Notes under the pieces: model-generated | Databases searched by the model: none | Seen by the model: the letters and a program-made list of their open reading frames with translations, nothing else | Told to the model about the DNA's origin: nothing | Origin: Paraspadella gotoi | Lineage: Eukaryota; Animalia; Chaetognatha | NCBI GenBank assembly: GCA_051294375.1 | Contig: CM119269.1 | Location: forward strand, 15,938,455-16,002,454 | Direction of reading: 5' to 3' | Length of the DNA: 64,000 nucleotides | In this document: piece by piece, positions 54,539-64,000 of the stretch | How the letters are laid out: each line of letters opens with the position of its first letter | Numbering within the stretch: position 1 is the first letter of the stretch | Position numbers and translations under genes: made by a program

Positions 54539-54574
<36 letters not shown>
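53471..54574 (-). repeat. Inverted copy of about 49730-50823, bounded by 25-N gaps
   Basis: For example TGAGATACGCGATACAGA at 53471 is the near reverse complement of TCTGTATCGGCGTATCTCA ending at 50823. Confidence 0.85.
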
Positions 54575-54599
54575 NNNNNNNNNNNNNNNNNNNNNNNNN

Positions 54600-55022
54600 A
54601 ATGATGATGTGAAAGAGGAAAAAGGAAAGGAAGAAAAAAGAGGCGAATCCCGACCGAGTCTTCTTTTTTTTTCTTACGGGTGAAGGGAAATTGGAAATGA
54701 TGACCCTGAAACGTTAGGATGTAAAAAAAAAGGGAGACTCGGAAGTGAGAGGAAATAAGATGAAGGAGAAAAAAATAATAAAGGATAAGAAACAATTCGA
54801 AAGAGAGAGTAATTGAAAAGAAGCAGAGAAAAAGAAAGAAGACACGAAGAGAAAAAAAAAAGAAAAAAGAAAAAGGGAAGAGACAAGGAAGGAGGAAAAC
54901 AAAAAAGAAATTGCAAAGGAATCAAGGACAACGAAGGGTATTACTACTGGGAAGTATTACAAAAAAATTCGATACCACGGAAACTCTCTCTTCTCCGTCT
55001 CTCTCTCTCTCTCTCTCCTCCT

Positions 55023-55060
<38 letters not shown>

Positions 55061-56318
55061 TTCTCTTTCTCGTCTTTCTCTCTCTCTCTCTGTCTCTCTC
55101 TCTCGCTCTCTTTCCTCCCAATTGTATCTCCCTGGGGCAGTAAAGTTCTTGTCATTCACTGAATCAAGTCATTCATCAGGTTTTTGGAGTGAATACATGT
55201 TTTTTTCGGCGCTCTCTCTCTCTCTCTCCTCTCTCTCTTCTCTCTCTCTCTCTCTCTCTTCTCTCTTCTCTTTCTTTCTTTTCTAATTCTCTTTTTATTC
55301 TTCGTTTTTTCTCTTTTCAAATGGCCGACAATAAAGATGATAATTAGCCCTGACCTCAAGGTTTTTCTATTTCTTCTTTCAATTTTTTGTTCTCAGTCAC
55401 TTTCACTATTTTAAATATTGTTTCACTAAGGTTGAAGAATAAGTAAGATGACATCACAGTAATGAGAGACCACCAACTTAATTTTGTAAATTCTAATCGG
55501 GAATTCTTTAAATTATATTCATTAAAGCATCTCTGTGTGTGTGCGATTTTGTCTGCAATAGCGTCGGTTTACAAGATTTTTTTTATTCAATAAATGAAAG
55601 TACAATTTCCGAGTTGGTCTTAATTTTTTGCCTCCAAGTATTGAAAGACCAATCTGCTTGTCTATATCTCTACGTCTATGTTCTATAAAACTTAAGATAA
55701 CGAACTGACAAAAATATGAATTCACACTCTTTTTCAGTTGAAATTCAACAAATCCAAGGAGGTCTTTCACAGGTCTCGTCTCTCACCGACCTCGCGTCCC
55801 TTACTCCTCATTACACTTCCCTTTTCCATTCACAGAGATTCACACTCCGCTTCTTCTTTCCTGTCACCTCTTCACCCCGTAATCTCACCGACTTCCCTTT
55901 AGTCTCACCTCAAGCCCAAAGTTTCAAACTCTTTGTCGTCCTCTCCTTCCTCCTCCGCCTCCTCCTTTCTTCCTGAATTTAAACCCTTCAAACTCTGAGG
56001 TGGGCAATTTTCTCGGCTGGCCGTCGCTTTCAACCCGAAAATTTGGGGCTGGGACCCAACAACAATCCCCTCTCCTCCATTCCCCCCTCTTCTCCCTCCT
56101 TCCTCCTCCTCCTCCTCTTCTTCGGGTTCAAATTAATTCCACTTTCGAGCTGCTACTCTCAGCTTGGGGGTTTTTCGTCCGAGGCTCCGAAATGGTCCAG
56201 ATGTCAGATTCTCCGGCCCATGTTTTTTCAGATTTCTAATTTCAACTTTGCGCGGCGTGATGGGGTGAGAGAGAGAGAGAGAGAGATAGAGAGGAGAAGA
56301 GAAGAGAAGAGAGAAGAG

Positions 56319-56353
<35 letters not shown>

Positions 56354-58589
56354 ACTGAGGTCGTTGAATTAAAGTTAAACGTCGGAAACTTTTTTTTGCT
56401 TATTGTTTGCCCCTTTTCGACCGAAGCCAGCTCGCTTTGAATACGCGATACAGAACGGAAATGGCGGGTAACTAATCCAATCGTTATTCTTAATATCCTT
56501 TTGAGCGGACGGCATCACGGAAATCGCGGGACTTAAGGTCCGCAACCTGACCTCGACAGGTGGAATCTTCCGTCCACGTCACCGATGTCACGAAGAGGAG
56601 GAAGGGAGGAGGGAGCTTTAGGTTTTATCCCTGAATTTTAAAAATTTTCTCTCTCTCTCTCTCTCTCTTCTCTGCTCCTCTCTCTCTCTCTCTCTCTCTC
56701 TTTCTCCTCTTCTCTCTCCTCTCATCAGAGTCGTGCACAAGATGATGGAAGTCAGAGAGACCTGACCGTCTGAAGCGGCACCGCGCTGTCACAGGGACAG
56801 ATTTTTTTATGACGCCATCGAGGCAAGAGTTTAAATAGTAAGAAAATATTTTCCGGCGGTGGGGAATGATTATTTTACAATTAACCCCGACGCACCGAGA
56901 AATTGAAAAACAAAAAGAATATAAATGGGAGAAAGAGTCGCGCTTGGCGAAGAGGGAGGAAAAAAGGAAAGGTTGAGGGGAAAGAGAAAAAAAAATATTG
57001 AAATCGAGGCTTTTTAAGTTCGACGTCTTGAGGCGCCATTTTACTTTTTTACTTTTTTCTGTGGGGAGAGGGGTGGAAGAATTGGGATCGAGAGGGGCGG
57101 GGTTTGTGGGAATAAAAGGTTGAAAATTTAAACGAGGAGCGTTTCAGTTATTAAAGAGAGTTTAAAGTCGTACATGATGATGATGCATATTTGAAGTTGA
57201 GTGATTGATAACTTGTATTAAAATTATTGATTTAGAAAATAGTGCTGTCTTTGGACTTGTAAATTAAAGGTCGGTTCACACACCGTAACAAGAGCATTTT
57301 TTAAATTTATGTTATTTTTGAGTGTTTTTATGTCTTAACTAAGAAGGAAGTGCTCAAATCAAGGGACTGAATAAATTAAAAATAAATTTAAAAGATCTGA
57401 GAAAAAAAAAAAGAGTTCGTTATTTTTAACTATTTATTTTTTTTTTAAATTTTGAAGAAAGTAAACATGCAGCCATTTAGAAAAGTAGCTGACAGAAATT
57501 TTTTTGCATAGTGAATAAAATATATATTTTCCACTTTTCTTAGGCTCTCTCTAGCATCTCTCTCTACTCATTTCTCTCTTTCTCTCCTCTCTCGTCTCGT
57601 CTCTCTCTCCTGCTCCTCTCTCTCCTTACGGATCTGCGAAACGACTCTTTCCTCCCCTTGTCAGTGCCGTGTTCGTCTGATCTTTTTCTTAAAGGCTTCT
57701 CTCATTATTCAATTGATCAACGTAGGAGATTGAACTTTTTCATTGTTCGGCCTCATAGACTTTCAGGAGATATGGCCTCGCCCTTAATCACTCATTCAAA
57801 CAAAAGAGCACCCTATGAGTGTCTAGATATAGTGGAATAAAAGGCCTGGCATATTCTATTAAAGTCAGAGGGGAAGCGAAGAGGAGAGAGGTAAGGTCTA
57901 TCTTTGACTTTCGTTAACGTATATAAGGAAGATAGAAATGACAACGTTTCAAAGTTCGTTTTGTACATTGCGTGTGGGATAAGCGTTGGAAAAAACAAAA
58001 CCGGAAACGCCACTTGGTGTAAGTCAGCGGACTTTGTATCCAAAAAGGAACATTTTAGTGCGAGATGATAGAAAAAGAGAAAGAGAGAGATTTGACGGTA
58101 GGATAAGAGAGAAGAGAGAGAGAGAGAGAGAGAACTATGAAGTAGTATTATTAGGGTGAGCTCACAATTTACGTTGGAATTCAATTAAAGGCATCCAAAG
58201 TCTGCATTAATCGCGCAAAGATATATTTTTTAATGACAAATTTTTACAACTCAGATATTCACATGAATTTAAAACGACTAAATACAAAAAATGTAGAAGA
58301 GAATCATAATATTTTTTAGGTAAAGCATCTCATTTTGTCTTTGAAAGTGCAGTACTTTTAAACTTGATAATAATTTACTGATTCAAATGGTTAACTAAGT
58401 TTTTGTTTTCGTCGTCGTCGTTATCGTCGTCGTAGGCGACACTCTTCAAGACCCTCGATCTGTCGTCATGATTTCCGGCGCCGAGATTCTCGACTTGGCG
58501 AATCACAATGGATGATCGCCGGATTTTTAAGCCGGATTTTTTGCCCGGAAAGTAGGCGAGAGTGAAATCGATATGTATCCGTCGACCCG
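54600..58589. repeat. Indel-rich copy of 46170-47575 (direct) joined to 48996-51051 (inverted)
   Basis: 54615-56189 matches 46170-47575. 56190-58589 matches the reverse complement of 48996-51051. Error pattern is typical of an uncorrected long read. Confidence 0.85.
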
Positions 58590-58873
58590 NNNNNNNNNNT
58601 ATCTGCTGATAAGCAGATCCGACTAAAAAGGACGAAGGAAAATATTCTCCCGGGAAAAGCGAAGGGTCACGAAGGCGAGCCTCGTTCGTCGAGGAGTTTT
58701 ACAATGACAAATCGCCCTCTATATCTCGCTCTCCCTCTTTATCTCTCTCTCTCTCTCTCTCACTCGAATCCAATTTATCCTCTCTTTTCTTCAATTTACC
58801 CTCTCCTCAATTAATCTCTCTCTCTCTCTTTCTCGCTCCCTTCTCCAATCAACCACCCTCGGCGAGTTAACGT

Positions 58874-58991
<118 letters not shown>

Positions 58992-60639
58992 TAAGTTCGT
59001 ATCTAAGTTGCAAAAAGACAAAGTTTCCTAGTTTCCAATTCCCTCTGCCTATAACGGCGAGGCAGCGGGGTGTAGAGAGAGAGAGCGTGAGGAGAGAGAC
59101 GGGAGAGAGAGAGAGAGATCACGATCGCCATTTCACTTTCTCCTCTCGTGACGTAACTAGGTTCGACTCCTCATTGGTCAAAATTTCTCATCCTTTCCTT
59201 CCGATTGGTTGTCGCAAAGGAGAAAAAGGAAAGAGAAAGAGAGAAAGAGGAAATTGTCTGATTGGTCGCTCGGCGGGAAGTCTCCTTTTCCTTCCCCCCC
59301 CCCTAGCGGTCCATGGGCGAGCCCCGTTGCTACAAGACATGAGCTCGATTTCGTTCCCCAAAGTGAAAACGTGAGATGTGTGAGTTGGCGAAGAGGGGAA
59401 GTGAATGAGGGGAGGGTGGGTCGAATGAGTGAGGTTAAAGGGGGGGGCGGAGGTTGAGCCTGGGAGATGTGATAAAAAGAGAGACTTTGTTTAGAAGTTG
59501 GGTATGGATTAACTGATTCACAAATTACAGCGTAGTATGTTTGTTGACAGCAAAGACAAGAGACCTGCGTAAGTTTGTTGTGAGAAAAATAAGACAGTAA
59601 TATAAAGACGAAGAGGTCCGTTGAACTCTGCTTCACTAATGGAACGGGTTCCAGAAGTTGTAAGTGGATGCGGCGCGGCGTCTTCGCGGAAAATGTCGAG
59701 AAGTTCGAAGGTGAGGCTGTAGAACTTGTGATCGGCGAGTCGCGTTGAGGTTGAGTGACACCTGGTCCGAATAGAGGGGCATTCGGGTGTCTGGGAGACA
59801 AAGTCACGATCGGTTCGGTCAAAATAATGTGAAATACTTAATTATTAACTGGCTGCTTAGGAACAAAACTAAACGATGTGATGTCTTAGTTTTTAATAAA
59901 AATATAAAAAAAACAAAAAAAACAAACAAATGTAAAACATAAAAACATAACAAAATGCAATCGAACATATATATTCGCATCGAAGGTAAATAAATACTTA
60001 AATGAAATAATAATACAAAGATTTTAAATAGTTTTCAAAAATTAAAAATATTTCATTTCGTTCGCGCTCCTTCAGACAACAACCAACTCGAAAGATACCG
60101 ACGCTTGAAAAAAAAAANNNNNNNNNNNNNNNNNNNNNNNNNAGGAATTCCTCTTCCCTTCGAATAATCCCTTGAAAAACTGAAGCCCTACTCCTCTCTT
60201 CCTCTACCTCCTCTCCTCCTCTCACTCCTCCTTCCCTGACTTAGAGAGAGAACGGGGTAGTCACCGTGCGTCTCCTCCGTTTTTTTTTTCCTCTCCACGA
60301 CGAGAGAGCAAACGAAGCGCATATTGGATCTGGACCCGCGAGAGGCGCGGGAGACCCCGACGGGGGGGACGGGGGGGGGAAAAGGTGGAGAGGGGGTTGA
60401 GAGGGTTGGAGAAGAAGATGAGGAAAGTTCGACAAGTTGATGCCCGACTTGGAGAGTGGCGAGTGGATGAGGTAAGCGGAAGATTCCTTTGCGTTAAAAA
60501 CGGCATGTTGAGTTTCGATTGGCAAAATAGTTTTAACGGCGCGGCGAGAAGTGGGCGGGCGAATTTTTAGATTAGGGTAAAAAGAGGGGGAGAGGGATAG
60601 AGAGAAGGAGCTCCTTGGGTGGGAGGGATTCCGTGGGCG

Positions 60640-61747
60640 GTTTGAGGAAGGGAGAGGGAGGATGAGGAGCCGTTTGCTGGAGGAATAGAGGACAAGAAAG
60701 AAGAAAAGCATAACAAGAGAAAGGAAGAAAAGGATAAGGAGATAAAATTACGGAAAGAATTCTAATTTTCTGACATTAAAAAAGCAAACAGGTGATTAAA
60801 GCGTCGATTGAATCCAGATGGGATTACTTTCTGTTCTAACTAAATTTTAACTTAATTAAGCTTTAGTGGATATGAAATTATTCCGTTTCGACCTCTCTGG
60901 AAAGACATTCGCGCTCATGATATTCAGTTTCTAAATTGTTTTCGATCGAGGACTAAAATCCTGTGTTGCTACTTTCCACTTGGCAATGCGTAAAGGTTTC
61001 TGAAGTATTGAGTTGCGCCGCGAGTACTCGCGGAGCAACTCTGACAGTCACACTTTCGGTCAGTTCTGTCGCGTCGTCGGTCTGTTTCCACTTACGTTTA
61101 AAAATGCATATAATTTAGCCTATTAGTTGGTTTGCTCATTTTGTTAAGACAGAAAAACCATCAAATTCTACACGTGACTGTTTAGTGCGGCCTTCAGGAA
61201 TAAAAAATGGGGGTTTGAGGAAGGGAGAGGGAGATGAGGAGCGTTTGGCTGGAGGGAATAGAGGACAAGAAAGAAGAAAAGCATAACAAGGAAAGGAGAA
61301 GAGGATAAGGAATAAAATTAGGAAAGAATTCTATTTTCTGACATAAAAAAAAGCAGGTGATTAAAGCGTCGATGAATCCGATGGGATTCTTTCTTTCTAA
61401 CTAAATTTTAACTTTAATTAACTTTAGTAGGATATGAAATTATCCGTCTCGACCTCTCTGGAAAACATTCGCGATAAATGATGATCAGTTCTAAATTTTT
61501 TTCGATCGAGACTAATCTGTGTTGTACTTTCACTTGGGCATCGTAAAGGTTTGAAGTATTGAGTTGCGCCGCGAGTACTCGCGGAGCAACTCTGTAAGTC
61601 ACTTTTCGGTCAGTCTGTCGGTCCGTCGGTCTGTCTCACTTACGTTAAAAATGCATATAATTTGCCTATAGTTGGTTGCTCATTTGTTAAGACAGAAAAA
61701 ACCTCAAATCTAAGTGACTGCTAGTGCGGCCTTCAGGAATAAAAAAC
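60640..61747 (+). repeat. About 570-bp tandem duplicate, each copy carrying a HINE-like stem-loop end
   Basis: 60640-61206 and 61213-61747 differ mostly by small indels. GAGTTGCGCCGCGAGTACTCGCGGAGCAACTC at about 61010 and 61561 is followed by a (GTCG/GTCT)n tract. Confidence 0.8.
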
Positions 61748-61892
61748 GGAATTCCGATGCTAAGAAAGTTATTGTAATCATGTAGTCATGTCAGGTCGCG
61801 TTATAGCATGTCATATCACTTCTAGTCATGTCACGAGAAATACACGCGATAAGGTAGTCACTGCGGCGCATTAATTTATTAATTTATATATT

Positions 61893-61951
<59 letters not shown>

Positions 61952-62092
61952 TTTTTTATTCAATTTATTTTTTATTCAATTTATTTCTTTATTATAATAT
62001 TAATATTCATTCGTTCATTACAATCAGGATTACCAAAATCAAAATCCTATTCATCCATTTCTTTTCGCCTGCATGGTGAATACAGGAGAGCC

Positions 62093-62129
<37 letters not shown>

Positions 62130-64000
62130 NNNNNNNNNNNNNNNNNNNNNNNNNNNNNNNNNNNNNNNNNNNNNNNNNNNNNNNNNNNNNNNNNNNNNNN
62201 NNNNNNNNNNNNNNNNNNNNNNNNNNNNNNNNNNNNNNNNNNNNNNNNNNNNNNNNNNNNNNNNNNNNNNNNNNNNNNNNNNNNNNNNNNNNNNNNNNNN
62301 NNNNNNNNNNNNNNNNNNNNNNNNNNNNNNNNNNNNNNNNNNNNNNNNNNNNNNNNNNNNNNNNNNNNNNNNNAGAATGGTTATATGGTTATATTTATAA
62401 GTATCAGTAAAATTTGATTTAAAATTCTCGATCAATCTCTATTTTTGACCCAAAAAAAAATCANNNNNNNNNNNNNNNNNNNNNNNNNNNNNNNNNNNNN
62501 NNNNNNNNNNNNNNNNNNNNNNNNNNNNNNNNNNNNNNNNNNNNNNNNNNNNNNNNNNNNNNNNNNNNNNNNNNNNNNNNNNNNNNNNNNNNNNNNNNNN
62601 NNNNNNNNNNNNNNNNNNNNNNNNNNNNNNNNNNNNNNNNNNNNNNNNNNNNNNNNNNNNNNNNNNNNNNNNNNNNNNNNNNNNNNNNNNNNNNNNNNNN
62701 NNNNNNNNNNNNNNNNNNNNNNNNNNNNNNNNNNNNNNNNNNNNNNNNNNNNNNNNNNNNNNNNNNNNNNNNNNNNNNNNNNNNNNNNNNNNNNNNNNNN
62801 NNNNNNNNNNNNNNNNNNNNNNNNNNNNNNNNNNNNNNNNNNNNNNNNNNNNNNNNNNNNNNNNNNNNNNNNNNNNNNNNNNNNNNNNNNNNNNNNNNNN
62901 NNNNNNNNNNNNNNNNNNNNNNNNNNNNNNNNNNNNNNNNNNNNNNNNNNNNNNNNNNNNNNNNNNNNNNNNNNNNNNNNNNNNNNNNNNNNNNNNNNNN
63001 NNNNNNNNNNNNNNNNNNNNNNNNNNNNNNNNNNNNNNNNNNNNNNNNNNNNNNNNNNNNNNNNNNNNNNNNNNNNNNNNNNNNNNNNNNNNNNNNNNNN
63101 NNNNNNNNNAACCCATTCGCACATTGCTTAACTATTTGTAGTGGACGAATAATTGTTTTAAATTTTTAAAATGCCGAAACTAAAATCTATTTTTATTAAT
63201 TAAAATCCATTAACCGCATCTTTAACCATATAAACCTCCCAAAAAAAGGCTAAGATGCATATCCAACAGTTATAAAAACTTTTTTTTACTATTTTTCCCA
63301 TTTGCTATTTCCCAGCTTGTTTGGCTGTCTGTATTAGAAAATCGTGCAAAAAAATGACGACGAAAACGTACTTATTACAACTTACAATTAATTGATTATT
63401 ATTTAATCATTTAACTTAAATTTAAAATGAATACTTTTCCATCCCCCAAATATTCCTCATCTCCTTTTTTTCCCTTTTTTTTCTTCTCTTAAAGTCCGCA
63501 TCTCTTTTCTATCCTTACTCCCTTCCATCTTTCCTTTCCCTCCCCTTTCCCCCCTCCTGTCGGTGACCTCATCTCGCCTTCCTCCTCCCCCTTTGTATCC
63601 TCTTCCAATATTCAACCGAATTTTCACGTCGGGGTTTCGCCTCCTTTTCCTTTTTTTTTCCTTTTTTTTTTGCCACTTTTTTCTTTCTGCTTTCTTTTTC
63701 TTTTTCTTCTCCCTTTTTCGCTTTCATCTTTTTTTCATCCTTATCACCCAAAGCTTGGCCTCCCAAGGATGGAGGTCAAATTTACGCGATGGAATAAGAC
63801 GAAAAAAAAAGGAGAGGGAGTGGATTGGGTAAGAGGGGAGGAATGTGGGGATGAGTGTTTGGGCAAAGGGAAGAATTCTTGGATGGTAAGAGGGAGAACG
63901 TTGGCGAGAATGTTGGAAAGGAAGATTTTTTCTTGGATGGGTAAGAGGGAGGAATATGGACGAGAGTGTTTCGTAAGAGAGAAGCTGATTGGGTAACACA

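Overview
AT-rich, microsatellite-laden animal (probably invertebrate) draft-genome window. The first 16 kb hold spliced genes. On the minus strand: exon 1 of one SLC35G/EamA-type transporter, a complete 7-exon tandem paralog (340 aa), and a 6-exon MFS transporter of the SLC49A3/MFSD7 type (585 aa). On the plus strand: a multi-exon gene of unknown function with an RFX X-box beside its candidate ATG. Both SLC35G paralogs have a GC donor at the same intron-1 position, and the unknown gene also appears to use one. A minimal hammerhead ribozyme of the Penelope-like-element type lies about 310 bp upstream of the SLC35G start. Other mobile remnants are Helentron/HINE-like stem-loop ends, a MITE and the 3' end of a non-LTR element. 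From 16 kb to the end I find no convincing protein-coding gene; most listed ORFs are (GA)n, (GAC)n or N-gap artefacts. That stretch consists of GC-richer islands carrying clusters of short repeated motifs (CCAAT, TCAC/GTGA, octamer plus GC box), suggestive of a regulatory gene desert. The 46-62 kb part contains indel-rich duplicated and inverted copies next to 25-N gaps, probably gap-filling artefacts, although one junction has a perfect 19-bp inverted repeat and two orientations. No novel biological system can be demonstrated from sequence alone; the best leads are listed as findings.
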